A stretch of 64,000 nt of DNA from Blepharisma stoltei ATCC 30299. Taxonomy: Eukaryota > Protista > Ciliophora. The DNA lies in NCBI GenBank assembly GCA_965603825.1, contig CBFDEM010000053.1, forward strand, positions 186,001 to 250,000. The letters run 5' to 3'. The notes beneath the pieces are model-generated. The model was not told the origin of the DNA, did no database searches, and saw only the letters and a program-made list of their open reading frames with translations. Shown one piece after another: positions 48,763 through 62,089 of the stretch. Within the stretch, counting starts at the first letter, position 1; every line of letters starts with the position of its first letter. The position numbers and the translations under genes are program-made.

Positions 48763-51700
48763 TTAATTATTATCGATGCTGCCAGGAGAAATTTTTGAAG
48801 AAGACTTGAAATTCAAGCTCTTGCCGCTTATCTTTGTCGTTGTATTTTTAAAAGTAAAAGCAAATTGAAATAAAGCACTTGTGTCGTGCCCTTTCGCTCT
48901 GTAGAGAAGACTTGGGTATTTTTTCCTCATTACTAAATATCCATAAGTTCCAATAATTATTCAGCCCGCAAACAAAGTTACTATCCAAGCTGGCGAGGAA
49001 TCATCAACTACTGTATGTATTATAGCTAAAATCGAAATCCACAGCACAGCTACTAGAGTTATAAATTCCCATCAACTGTACCTCTGGTAATTATAAGGCT
49101 TATATTTGTGTATGAATAACGTATACAGCGCTATAACGACAATAAATAGAACTGCATGAGCTGTAGATTGAGCTCTCTTGATGGTCTTATTCATCACAAT
49201 TAATGACACTTGGATCACTGTTTTTATCATCAAAAACAAAGGCAAGGTTTTGACATGCAATTGATTTTGAAATTCTTGCCAAAGAGGTCTGCAAAATACA
49301 GCCAAAGGCTCATAAGTTATCAAGGCAAGAATGGACAAAATAACATAAATGATATGAGTTTCTTTCCAGCAAAACTGATAGCAGTCCTTTGCAAGAAAGC
49401 TATCAGTAAAATTATTCCCAATTGCTTCATCGCAGACAAAAATATCTAGAAGCACTGATACAAAAGGAATAAAGCACAAATTTCCTAATAAAGGCATCAA
49501 GAAGTCTCCAAACTGATCCAAATATTTAAAAATAAGGAAATCATATCGCTCATTCAATTGAAATAAAATTGTCACACACAAGCATATCCACAGTAGGCAA
49601 AGCCCCAAAACAAAGTCACAAACTGCCCAGAAAACTCCATTTTGAAGCTTAATAATATTTGCTAAATTCAAGGAAATAGCATTTGAGAAATTGGAGAGTA
49701 GCTCGAAAATATTCGAGAAATCAGGCCCCATTGAAATGATTTGAAAGAACTCAATCCCAATTGTGACCCCAACAACAAAATCCTGGATTGAAATTTCTTG
49801 TTTTTCTTTCAAAGTTTCAATTTTTACATTCCACCAACGTCTCCAAATATAATATGTGATCACCGCTGTGATTAATGCAATAGCGAAGCATATACAAAAC
49901 ACAACAGCTCGGCCTTTTGTAAAAGTAACTACTTTAGAGCTAGGAAAAGGACAATCACTGTCTTCATTCCTTAAATCAGTAGGCTTGAATATTGAATTAT
50001 CTCCATATATAAATGGTTGAGATATTGTTAATAATTTTGCGCTATATGGATTAAATAGTCCTATATGATAGATTGATAGAGTGCCATTGATAACTTGATT
50101 AGAGTCAATAGTAATAGTAGTAAACTCATTATCGTTGCTTCCATGAGCTATTGAAGTAACTCCCATACATCCTACAATTTTTATGCTTCTTATTGTCTCG
50201 TTTAACTTATATGGGTCTGTATAGTCCTGCCCTCTGTTTATCATGCTATCAAGGGCATTTGCTAAGAGATAAGTTGAGTCAAAAAAATTGCATTGATAAT
50301 CACTAGGGATTGCCCCATATTTTGTCTTAAGCTTGGCATAAAGGCTTTTTCCGAATTCTCCAACTCAGACAGAGCCTTGAAAAGTCATCATTGGAACTCC
50401 AACTTCATATCTTTTATATAAATACTGGTCCGAGAATCCCATTTCAATCATAATGCCTCCTGATGAAGTAGCAAAAACTATGTCTCCTTTTCTTGCACCC
50501 AAGTCATAAAAATGCTCTAATATATAACCAAATGTTGTTCCTGAGTACAAAAATATTACAACCAACCTTGCATTGGAATTGTATATTCCTTTGATAACGT
50601 CAATATAGTCAGCTGATTGTTCTCTTGTCAACTCCGGCGGGATTGCTCTTGTTTCTTCAGGATTAAGAATATTTAATCCGTTTTGCTCTGCAACTTGCTT
50701 GAACCACTGATAGCAGCCGATTCCATAAGTTTCATTGCCATATAGTATAGCGAACGACCTTCATCCCAAACTTTTTATCAAAGGTGCAACATCGGTGGCT
50801 AGTAGCGCATCAGAAAGCTGCACCCTTGTATATCATGGATAAAGTTCAGTTGAATTTAATTTCGGAGCTGAGTTGCAAGAGCCAATAACTGGAAGAGTCA
50901 CATTTAATTGGTTGAACGTCGCCATTGTTCCTATCACAACTGACGATGGAAAAGAGCCAACATGCCCTAATCCAAATTTATCTATATCTTTCTTGAAGCA
51001 GGAATAACCGTATATAGGATCATATGAAGTGGCTCCACAATCGAAAAAGAATAAACTCATTTGAAAATTCCGCAGAATGTCTAACTCTACTTGGTTTACC
51101 ATTGAAACTACCATAGATGCGCCTCGGGCGTAAATTGGAACATTTAAATCTGGCACACCCCCAGGGTTTATTGTGCCAGCATTTATACTAATTGGTAAAA
51201 TTGTTTTGGATGATATAGGTACGGTTGCTGAATTTCCTAAGAAAACGATTGGCTTTGTTATTGAGACATTTGTTGTATTTAAATTTCCTACTATAGTCCT
51301 CTTTCCATTATGAAAATTGACTAAGGAAAGCTGAGATTTACAGAAATGTGAAACACATACTGAATCAAGGCTTTTCTTAAGTTGATAAGAGTTTTCGACT
51401 GAGGAGCTGTTAAGTAACGAAATAATGAAGTTGATAGAGTTCATCAAAAAATCTTCATTTGAGAACGAAAACTCTTGCCCAGCCTCCGTAATTGCCAAGC
51501 TTCCATCTACAATTGTCTGATAATAGCTTTCTTTTCCTAATAAAATTCCATTTCCTACTATCATAAGCTTACTGGAAATAAGTGCATTCTGCAAAATCAT
51601 CGATTCATAAGAATCTGTAAACAGATAAAATAAGCTTTTTCCAGAAGATGCCACTAAATGAGCAATAATTTCGTCAATTTTTGAATTTGACTCAATAATT

Positions 51701-52194
51701 ACACTTGAAAAATCTTCTGAAAGAGCAAATATGGAGTCTCGAAGAAATGAATTCTGGTTCGAATTAAAAATGAAACCTTCAGTCCAATTGAAAAATTTGA
51801 GTAGGGCACAGAGTGAGCTTTGGTAGTTTTCTCTTGAAGAGACAGCTGAATACGTCCATGATCCATATTGCTTTAAGGAGTCTTCTACTACAAAATGAGC
51901 AATACTGAGTTCTTCACATGCACTTGAAAGCTGAAAATGATCTAATGCATTTTCCGACAAATCAATCAGGATTTTGTTAGTTTCTGCCATGTGAAGAAAA
52001 GCTAGGGCTTCGTGCAAGTCAGATGTGGATAATTTGGTTATTAAATCAGGAGTTGAACTGCTTTCTCATAATTCAATAATCGAAGCTAACGGAGAGTACA
52101 CCATTACTTCAAGTGCATATGACGAAATAGGAAGCAATAAAACCAAAATAATTGAAAATCTTCCAAGGAAGAGTGAATACTCAATATTTACCAT
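48763..52194 (-). CDS. Signal-peptide receptor-like protein: two periplasmic-binding-protein type 1 (ANF-receptor/Venus flytrap)-like modules plus C-terminal multi-TM region (~1143 aa)
   Basis: Continuous frame with TGA=Trp; LYP(W)YTRVQLSD...LIKSLGW(W)RSFAILYGNETYG and an earlier LLKFFNW motif resemble the ANF_receptor family; several hydrophobic helices at the C-terminus. Confidence 0.78.
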
Positions 52195-53051
52195 AAAATA
52201 TAGGTATAGCTGTTATAAATAAAAAATTAAAACCTTTTTAAGTCCAAGAAACTAATTAACTCCAAAATTTGTTTTAGTTTTCTTTATTTTATAGAGTGCA
52301 GTTTATTGAATGACTTCAAAATAATACAATTAATAGTTTATGATCTGTATAACAATACTTCAGGTGAATAATATTGTGGTGTCGAATTTATAACTTGCCC
52401 TTATTAGTTCGCCATAAATTAGAAACAGAATTTAAATTTGAAGTCTCATTATTGACTTTATAACGATAAATATCAAAATATATTACTAGTTCCAAAAATT
52501 CGAGCTCTTATTGCTGCTCAAATATTTAAGCATTACTTAATCATAGAGTCAGAAACTCTCTTATTGCTTCTTTGGCCTAAAAAGAAAAATGTAAAATTTT
52601 GGCTTCATAAATTATTATTTTGATATATCATTATTTTTATAAGAATTTAGTTTAAAATATATCTAGCTAAGGAATCAATTCCTGGATGCTCAAATTATCT
52701 TAATTTTTCCCCGAACCTATAAGTGTTGTAAAAGAATTTGAGAAATGGCTATGACCTTATAAATATGGTCATGGGTAGAGACAACTATGAATATTGAACA
52801 AAAACAGTAAATGAAAAAATTTAACTCTTTTTACTGGGATTAATATTATAAATATTTTTAAGTCCTTCCTAAGAATTAGGAGCATAAGAATTTTGATATA
52901 ATTTGAAAAATCCTAGGTGCTTACAATTAATTTATCTAAAATAAGGCTTAGACCTTAACATGCATAGATAATCATTATTATATATCTTTCATCTCATTTG
53001 CCAATTTTGTAATTATTAAACTTAAGCGGTTTTTGTGTTAAATAATAGCGA

Positions 53052-54092
53052 TTAAGATGATATATTAAGTTTAGGCACACTTAATTTTCTAAAGCAGTAG
53101 ACAGTTCGCAGTAATATATATAGCAAACTAGCTAATGATATCACATAAGTGGGATGAAAACTCAGCGCTGTGAGCACCCAAAGCTGCAACGCAATAAAAA
53201 ATGCCTCAATTAAAATGATTCTGTAAAACGTCTTCAAAGGATCTTGGAAAAAATGTGAAAGAAAATACGTCTCGTTTTTCCCAGGTTCACAGCTGTTAAA
53301 CATCCCAACTGCCTTTCAGTATTCGCCTTTATAAAACACAATTTGTCCTTTTGAGTAATTTTTGTCATGACTTCACTCTTCAGCTTGCCCTTCATACCTT
53401 GCCTGTGTCCAATCCCCTAATGAAATTGCATAAAAATTCAATTCAACGCTCCTTTTCCTCATTAATTCCACTAAATAAAGCAAAAAAGTGACGAATGTCA
53501 ATGTTGACATCGCATTTAAATAAGCAGCTGTATAGACAATAAACCCATGAGAGGGCAAAAACTTATAAGGTAAATATCCAGCACAATACATTGCTTCTAG
53601 AGTATGTAGCAAAATTTGCTGTAGTGAGTAAAAGCAGTCGCTGCATCCTTCTGAGTATCTAGATTTTGCAGATCCTTGGGAAAAGTAAAGATAAGCTATA
53701 AAAGGGCACACTAAATTAAGCAGGAGGCTATAGGATAACTCAAAGAACAGCATTGCGATACTGTGAACTATAGTTACAGTGTAGCTAATTCCTATGAATG
53801 TCAGTCCTAAAAACTTCAAGCTCCGTTTTAGAGGATCACGGAGATAGAGGTACATATAAAGTGCCTGAATAAAGCGGCGAGATAGGAAAAAAGTATTGAA
53901 ACTAAGCAAGGCAAAGTTGTAGTTGTAATAGGAGGTCCCATATAGAGCGATATTGATGTTCATCATATGAATGAAGATCATGATAGTGCATTCCAGCTCA
54001 AAATACAATTTTGAGTCCTTTTTTGCGTTTATTCCATCCAGAGTTGCTTTTAAAGCGTCTAAATTTATTGTCTTTCTTTCTTTAGATTTCAT
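53052..54092 (-). CDS. TMEM39: TMEM39 family membrane protein
   Basis: Multi-TM; (W)SHDKNYSKGQIVFYKGEY(W)KAVGMFNSCEPG...FFQDP resembles the TMEM39 W...G.LV....Y.A.G..N...P...F..P segment. Confidence 0.7.
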
Positions 54093-54318
54093 TAAAACTC
54101 TTTATTTAAGGAAACCATGATATCAGTAGAAATTTAAGTATGAAAATAAATTAATTAAAATTTAAATATACTAGGCAGAGCATAATAAATGGAACTTGTG
54201 ACGATTATAATGGCTTCTAAGAAAAGCAAATAATCCGTTAACCGCTAATCCATGAATTCTAAATCTTTTTAATCATGATTTTTGAATCCAATTAAAATAT
54301 CTCGCGCAATAATATTAA

Positions 54319-55083
54319 ATGTCAGCCACTGCTTGTAGAAAACCCTGCTGGGTGCTTACTATAATCTCTCTCTTGCTCGTCTTAGGACTTGAGCTAGCCT
54401 CCCTTGGAGTCGATAGATGGTTTGAACAAGGAGCTGACCCATTTGATTGGGAAGGCGGCCTACTGAAGCCAACGTCAGATTCTAATTACTACACTGACAA
54501 CATGAGCTACTCAAACTTTTGGGACGATTGCAACGACGGCTCCAACCAGAGCAAACAAGGGCTGTCCCCAGGAGAATGCAAGATGATGAAACATCTTTGG
54601 GCTGGGGGCGTTATTTACATTCTTTTTGAAACTATTTCATTATTCTGCATATGCTTGACCATTTGGTTCTTGCTAAGAGACCTCTGCAACAAAACTAAAT
54701 TCACCTGGCTAGCTGTTCTCTTCGTTTGGTTTGGCCTTGCCTGGCATTTCTGGGCACTGGTAATATGGTCTGGGCTTGCAAAGATGTTCTGGAGCTATGC
54801 TTGCAACAGACTTGACTGGAACGACCACACTGAGCCAGCTAGAGTTTGTGGGAAAGAAGGCGCTGCCATTTCTTTAGCTTGCGTTCTTTGGTATTTTGTT
54901 GTCTGTCTATTTTTCAGCATCTTCTATAAACAAATTAAAGGATCCGAAGAAGGAAAAACAGACAACGGAGTCACTGACCAAGGATATGATGCAGTCAAAA
55001 AAGATAGTGAACCTCGAGAAATTGTTGAAGAAGATGGTAAAAAGCATAAGAAGCACAAAAAGAAGGAAACTTCTCAAGAATAA
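54319..55083 (+). CDS. Claudin/PMP22-like tetraspan membrane protein
   Basis: Four hydrophobic helices; W..(G)GLL...C...C in first extracellular loop; charged C-tail. Confidence 0.7.
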   Translation: MSATACRKPCWVLTIISLLLVLGLELASLGVDRWFEQGADPFDWEGGLLKPTSDSNYYTDNMSYSNFWDDCNDGSNQSKQGLSPGECKMMKHLWAGGVIYILFETISLFCICLTIWFLLRDLCNKTKFTWLAVLFVWFGLAWHFWALVIWSGLAKMFWSYACNRLDWNDHTEPARVCGKEGAAISLACVLWYFVVCLFFSIFYKQIKGSEEGKTDNGVTDQGYDAVKKDSEPREIVEEDGKKHKKHKKKETSQE

Positions 55084-55140
55084 ATTATTTAAATAAGGAT
55101 TAGGACCTTTCATGGCAACTTTCTCTTAAATTCAAATAAA

Positions 55141-56121
55141 ATGGGAGAGTTTGTCAACATTGTTGTAAGGACTTTAGATTCTTCAGAAATAGCTTTAGCA
55201 ATTTTTTCATCAGCAAAGATACATGAAATTAAATATTTCTTGAACTTGAGATCTGGAATCCCAGTTGAAAGACAAAGATTGCTGTATAAGGGTAAATTAT
55301 TAAAAAATGAAGAATCACTTGAGGATGCTGGGATCGGCGATCTTGATCATTTGTTTCTGGTAGGAAATATTCAAAGGGAGCCTGATGCATACACTATGCT
55401 GGCACAGCTGTCACTTTTAAACGCATTAGAGTCTTACAGGAGAACAAGATCTCAAAGAATAGAGCTTACAAATGAGCAACTCAGAGAAGCACTGAGGCAG
55501 AATTCATACATAATTGAGGACGTTTTGACGAATTCTTTGTTTCATTCGTCATACAGAAATTTAAGAGTAGGTCAGTGAGTTGACGTTTTAGATACAGTTA
55601 ATCAATGACTTGAAGCACAAGTGATCCAATTGAGAGCTTCAAGCTCACAGATAGAAGCCCTGATTCATTATAACGGCTGACCTGATGTATGAGACGAGTG
55701 GATCAGCATCGACTCTCCTAGAATCATGCCTTTTAGATCAAAAACAAACCAATCCCTTGGAATGGCTGTCCAATCTCCATTTCCAAGAAATTCACCAATT
55801 AACCCAAGATCAGGCACTGAAGAACTGTCGATAATTATGATGAAAGCCAGCTGCTACATTGCAAATGTAAAAGAAACTCTGCTCAAATATTCGCTGCTAA
55901 ACCAAGCTTTGAAATCATTTGGAGAAATAGGAGGGTTGCTTGGGATGCCACACGCCTTTGAAAGGCATGAATCCCAGTTAAAATCTGAAGTTCAGCATAT
56001 CCGCACCTTTTCAACGCCTGTTTTTGACAGAGTTGGAAGAATGATGACTGATCTCGGACAGGCGTTAGCAAGGAACGAAGACTTGAATGTGAATTTGATA
56101 AAGCTAGAAGAAAGAATATAA
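55141..56121 (+). CDS. Ubiquitin-like domain plus Tudor/chromo-barrel-like domain protein
   Basis: GIPVERQRLLYKGKLLKNEESL (Ubl); VGQ(W)VDVLDTVNQ(W)LEAQV...IHYNG(W)PDV(W)DEWI (Tudor-like) using TGA at 55576, 55606, 55678, 55690. Confidence 0.85.
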
Positions 56122-56146
56122 TTGGTAATATAATTATTTATTTCAA

Positions 56147-59100
56147 TTATTCATCAAAAGATATAAAGTACCTTTGGATTAAAGTCGCCCTAAATCTCTT
56201 CTTGTAAATTTTTGGGTGAGTTATCGTTGGCATCCCTGTCCCTACAACTTTTTTATATTTGCTTTCGACGGCTCTCTCGAATGTGTACTGTTCGAAGTAA
56301 TCGATGATCCCAATTGCAACTTTTTTGAATTCAGGGTTAATTATGACCAGCAATGAATAGTCAACGATGTTTTGCTTTGATAAGAATAGTGTATCATTTC
56401 ATATTGCTACGTCAAAATACTTCTTCATTTCTTGAGAAATGGTAATAGGTTTGCATCTGAAATCTTCTAAGTAGTTAAGGTCCATTTTTGTGCGCGTTTC
56501 ACCTTGTTTTACGTATCTTCGCTTATTACTAGTCCCTTTTAAATCATAGGTTAAAGATTTTTCAGGCATACCATAGCCTAAGTTTTCAAAAAGCAATGCC
56601 CAAACCTTGGTGTTTTCTCCTATATGATGATTTTTGTGCTGGATTTTGAATGCTCCAACTGTTTTAACTAGCTTTGAAGGCATCAGGTGATAAAAATTTT
56701 TGCAGAGGTGCTGAAAATAATTTTGCGCGATTCCTGAAAACATCGAAAATTCATTTTTATCAATAATTTTCAGAATAAATCTACAGTCATGCGACAAACT
56801 AAAAGTGGCCTGGCTTTTTCCTAGCTGTCCATTAATTTTTTTTGAATTAGAAATGGACAATAAAAATTGTTCATCTGTTCCACATGCCACCATTCTAATA
56901 GAATGGAACTGCTTAGCAAAATAAACTGTCACTTTAAAGCTCGTCTCATCCCCATAAATTCTTTTTAAATTTTCCTTGCCAGCAAACTCAGTTGGCTCTG
57001 CTCCTTCAAAATTCTGAAATGTTTTTTTAAAATGAAAATTCTCCCCACTTAATAGCAAGCTTTCTATATGCTCATTGATATTTTCATTTTGAGCCATAAT
57101 TGGAGAAACCACTTCTTGGTAATACTGAGTTGAATTAAGGATATATGAAATTATTGATAGATGGTCTTGTTCATATACAGGTATGCATAAATTTTCGAGA
57201 CTTGTAGGCAATGTTAAGTTCCCGCCTTGGAGGTAGTTTCATTGAGGAGTAATTAGAAGCTCATCGTTCGTTGATGTATAATCAGAAGGAAGATTTGAAA
57301 ATTCTGCGTCTGATTCTTGCTCATCAAAAGTAAGGAATGAGGTCGAGTACATTTGATTTCTTATTTTGGTTCTTCTTGTATCCGAAGTTTTTGACATCAC
57401 TGAGAGATTTGATTCTGGAGCCAAAATCAAGAGTTTTAGCCTCTGCTTCAAAGTCTCAAGGTTCATCTTGATTTTGCAGCATTTGATAAAAAGCGTTCTT
57501 CTATAGGTTTCTACTTGTAAGTGGTTTTGAAAGCTTGAAACGCTAAGATTAGAATGCTCATCTAGCTCATGAGCGATTTCTTCATCAAGCGATTTTATAT
57601 CTGTTTTGAGCGCTTCCCAGCTTTCTTCATTAGGCAATTTTTCATCTTCTTCAGTCATCTCAAGTGTGAGTCTCACTAAAAGTTCTTTGATAATTCTAAA
57701 TAATCCATCAAGCACAATTTGGCTTGAATCTCTGAAGTCTACAAATAGTTTTTCTTTTAAAGTCTTGTACAAGCTGTCATCTAGAGTATTATTAATGTTC
57801 ATGACTTCATAAGTAAAGTTGTTCTCAAATTTCATTTGGACTTTTATTCCTTTCACATGGAAAACAAACCTTGACTCTTTGAAATATTCATGGCCGCATT
57901 TAGCTGAAATAAATACATCTTTTGGAGCAAAAAAGTTTAATAGGAATTTATTTGAAGAGTATTCCCAGATAGCCTTAGTTAACTGGATTGGGGGCTGATC
58001 AACTTCTTTACAATTGGTGCACTCTCTTACTAGTAAAATATCTTGAGATCCTGTCTTCTTAGACATGGACAGAGAAACTATAACCATCCCATTGTTTTTC
58101 AAATAGTTGAATTTGTGGCCACCTAGAACAGTTTTGCACTCATCATCAGCACATTGCCCTTTTCCACAGGATGCATAACTCAATAGAAAATTGCCAAGGG
58201 TGGTATCTTCTTTGCTGTAAAGCGGGATTTTCTGGGTGTTTGCTTTCACACAAATTTTATTTGCACAAGTAATGTAGCTTCTAAAATACGAGCTTAAAGC
58301 TACTGTATTTTCAAAAATGGCCAGGCATGGTTTTATCCTGAATAAGCTGAAAGTTCTTCTTTCTATAAGTGCATTTCTATACTCTATAATCAGTCTTCTT
58401 ATTGACATAGCGACTTTCTTATTCTCAGCTTGGTCAGGTCCTGAAATTACAATATTCCCTGATAAAGTATTATTTGCTGTATCTTTTAAAATGGAAAAAT
58501 TTGAAGATCCATAGCTTACTTCATCATATTCCAGGCACCTTCCAAGACTTTCTGTAGAAGTAGATGCGCAGTATATAGACCTAATAATGCAGCCTTCAGT
58601 TCCTCTCGCAATTCTCTCCAAAATTTTAGGCTTAACATTAGAAATCACTCCAATTCTGACGCACGAAAGCTCTTCAACCAGTTCTTGAGGGAAATTTCCT
58701 TCTGTGACAACTAAAGAAACATTCATGCTTTTTATTTTCCCCAAAAATATTTTCATTATTTCTGATTCTTCTTCAATTAAGTTTTCAATCCTTACAGACT
58801 TTCTCTCACCTATATGGATAGTAGCATTTCCTTCTAAAAGCAGAACAACAGGGTTTATCACTGGCATCTCAATAGAATCACAATAAGAAGTGCCTTGAAA
58901 TACAACCCCATGAACAAATGTGCAGAATGATCTATCCTTGTATTCTATCTTTTTGATTCCAATATAAGAATTCAAATCCATGTTGTCGTTTCGAAATTGC
59001 GTTGAGGAGCACACCTTGTAAACAGCGTCTTTTGTAAGAGGATATACGATTTCAGCCCAGCTTTCGTTTACGTTGTGCTCTTTTAAAACTTCAAAAACCC

Positions 59101-59554
59101 TATTTTTCATGAATTTCTCGATTTCAAATAATTTTTCGTCCTCACTTTCGTATTGCAACTCTTCAAAGAGTTCTCTGACCTTGTATTCTCGGCTTATTTC
59201 TTCTGTGCTTCTGACTGATTCACCTCCATCAGAGAGTGCTCTTTTGAAGTGGTCTAGGTCTTCTGGTGGAATAAGGAGGTTAGGATTATAGAGATGCTTT
59301 GAGTCGTACATTGTATTATGATGATTTAGGAGAGGCTTCGATAAGTAGGAGTAGCATTTATTGCAAACTCGGTCTACTCATACACCACTTTCAGTTTGAA
59401 ATTTATTTTTAGTGCAGGTTGAACAATATACACCACCGCAATATTTACAGTGGTGTCTTCGGGTAAAAGCTGAAAACGTTTTTTTGCAGTTTATACATTC
59501 TTTGACTAAGGATTCTGGCATCCACATCTCACGGGAAATTGGGTCAAATGCCAT
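56147..59554 (-). CDS. FAB1: 1-phosphatidylinositol-3-phosphate 5-kinase (FYVE, CCT-like, PIPK; ~1135 aa)
   Basis: WMP...C..C...F..FTRRHHCKYCG.VYC..C FYVE; GKSQATF, YDLKG, DYSLL, GIIDY, PTI..P..YKKRF. Confidence 0.92.
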
Positions 59555-59972
59555 GTTTCTGTTTTATAAAATAGATTGCAGGTAATTATTACTGGTAAGA
59601 CTCCATAATATGTCTTCACGATCTTAGAGATATAATTTTAAGTGATAAAAATTAATTAAATAATTATTTTGATGAAAATAAACAACCGCACTTTTATTGT
59701 GGTCTTTATTAATAAATAAAGTCTATCTATTTTCCTCCTAATTTGATAATCTCTTAAAAAGATTTATCCTGAAAATATGAAAGATATTTCTTCCATCCGC
59801 TAAGTAGATTTATTTGCAAATAAATAGGCGAATATACTCAATAATTATATCCTGATCCTCTCCATCATAATTTAGATAATGAAAATTTTAAGATATTAAA
59901 TAAAAGCAAAAGAAGTTTCCGAATATAAAATTTCATTTTTAAAGCCTTAGAATTTCCAAATAAAGATATCAT

Positions 59973-60797
59973 ATGGAGGATTCATCAGAAATAACTCCAA
60001 ACTCAAACTTTCTTTCTTCACTACAATGTCCTGAATGTTCTGATTATTTCACTGTTCCAATCTTTCAATGCGATAGTGGCCACTCACTCTGCAACAAATG
60101 CTCTCAAACATTATCTCAGTGCCCCATCTGTGATGATCAAATTGGAAGAAAATTACGAAATTACCACCTAGAACAGCAATTATCCACAATAGATTATAAA
60201 TGCCAATACCCAGGCTGCACAGAAATAATAAAACTGGCATCTCGAGTAAAGCATGAGGAAGAGTGCCCATTTGGACCTAACTTGCAATGTTTGCTGCAAA
60301 ATTGTAAATGAGTTGGGACCTCAGGCAGACTCCTTTCCCATTTGAATGCCAAACACAAAATCCCTCATTATGATATTTTAGGAGATACTGCAGAATACTC
60401 ATCAAGATTAAGATCAAGTTCTCCATCTGCTGGCTGTGTCAAATTATTACATACCTTTTATGTAGATGATTTGCAGCCTTGCACTATTTTGACTTACATT
60501 TTTATGGACGGCTCAAAAAATTTGCTTTATCCTCAGTTTCGAGCGATTTCAGGAAATCCCTCAAAGTTTACATTGACAATATGAAACTCAGACTCAGACG
60601 AAGTAGATGAATTAGTAATTATAGGGAAACCAAAGATAGTAAAGTACAGTCTTGAAGAAGAAAGAGAAAGAAAAATGTGTCTGGCGCTAGATCTTGACAG
60701 CATGGTCAACAAATTTGCATTTGAAGATAAAGTGGAAAAAGAGCATAAACTGCTGCATTATAGACTCACAGTTAAACTTGCTGAAAATAATAATTAG
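59973..60797 (+). CDS. SIAH/Sina-like RING and zinc-finger E3 ligase
   Basis: LQCPEC....PIFQC.SGH.LC..C....CPIC...RNYHLE, C.YPGC, HEEECPF, C.(W).G....L..HL...H; TAG 60795-60797. Confidence 0.88.
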
Positions 60798-60821
60798 TTT
60801 GCCATTATTAAAATCTTATGA

Positions 60822-61673
60822 TTAACTCGAACGCTTCCCAGGACTTAGAGACGATCTAATTGGGGTTGGTACTGTAGACCTAATATGAGGCTTTATCGGG
60901 CTTCCTTCATATCTCCCTGCTGCTGTGGTATGCTTGCCTTTTTTCTTATTCGTCTCGATTTTCTGTATATTTTCCATCTCTCTTCGTATGTTCTCGTATT
61001 TTTTCCCAATCAAGTCGAATTCTATGTTCCTTTGCTTGCTGAGTTCATCAAGACCTGTTTTTTGCCTCTTTTTTATGTTTTCGATTTCCTTCTGAAGCCT
61101 GTTTTCTAAAATAATCATTTGCTGCTCTATCTTAACCTGCCTTATTTCTAGATGCTTCATTTGTTCGTAGGACTTAAGCTCTTCGATTTGTTTGAGTAAG
61201 CCATTAGCTTCCATGTATTTTTGTGTTTGCACAGCCCTTTCTTTGCATTTAATCATATTTAATAATTGTGCACTTGGCTTATAAGCAGTTGGAGTTATTG
61301 ACTCCAATCTTTCTCTTTCTTCTTTAGCCTGAATTTGATGCTTTTGAAGAGTTTTTTCTTCTTGATCTTTACATCTTTCAAGATAATCCTGAATGACTTT
61401 GTTCCAGTGGCTGTTAAACTCAGCAACTTCTGTTTGATAAGCCTGATCTACCATATCTCTTTCTTCATTCTGCTTAGCTTTTAGCTCTGCTACTTGGTCT
61501 CTCTGGAGTTTTTGCTTTAACTCCACAATTTTTCGGGCTGTTATTTGAGCTTCCACATATCGCTCTTCAGCTTCAAAGCTTTTTTGTTCTTCTTTTAGTG
61601 AATTTATAAGTAAGGACAATTCGTTGTTACCTGGGGATCCTTGGGAGGGAGAATGAGAATGTGAGGGCTCCAT
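60822..61673 (-). CDS. Coiled-coil hypothetical protein (283 aa)
   Basis: Uninterrupted ORF, E/Q/K-rich. Confidence 0.82.
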   Translation of the reverse strand: MEPSHSHSPSQGSPGNNELSLLINSLKEEQKSFEAEERYVEAQITARKIVELKQKLQRDQVAELKAKQNEERDMVDQAYQTEVAEFNSHWNKVIQDYLERCKDQEEKTLQKHQIQAKEERERLESITPTAYKPSAQLLNMIKCKERAVQTQKYMEANGLLKQIEELKSYEQMKHLEIRQVKIEQQMIILENRLQKEIENIKKRQKTGLDELSKQRNIEFDLIGKKYENIRREMENIQKIETNKKKGKHTTAAGRYEGSPIKPHIRSTVPTPIRSSLSPGKRSS

Positions 61674-62089
61674 TGAGAAAGCTTAACGAAAAATTAATTT
61701 AATTATTTGGTGAAATCTAAGAATATTTTTTAGTTTTAACTGATTACTGGTCTCTTTAGCCCAGTTTTGGAAATCGGCTGTTATAAGTTCCTCAAAATTT
61801 ACCTCAATAACTGATACTTTAAAAGAAACAGTAATGGATTTTTACCTGCAGTTAATTGCTCTACAGAGTCATCAAAATTTGTTGATCCTTTTTAATTGAT
61901 TCGTTGATGCTAAGATCAATAGTAAACTTGGCATAATTGGGCATCCTTTATTTTATTTTCTTATCAAAGTAAATGCTTTTCGATAAAGATGAAATTTGGG
62001 GTTTCCAGAATTAGATGCAATTTTTAGTTGTTTCCATATTTCATCTTTTTTAAACCAATATTTTGTTTTAATATCTTTGCTTTAGCATA

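Noticed and set aside
9651-60797. TGA as selenocysteine or cysteine
   Set aside because: TGA aligns with TGG/Trp in paralogues and families, not with Cys
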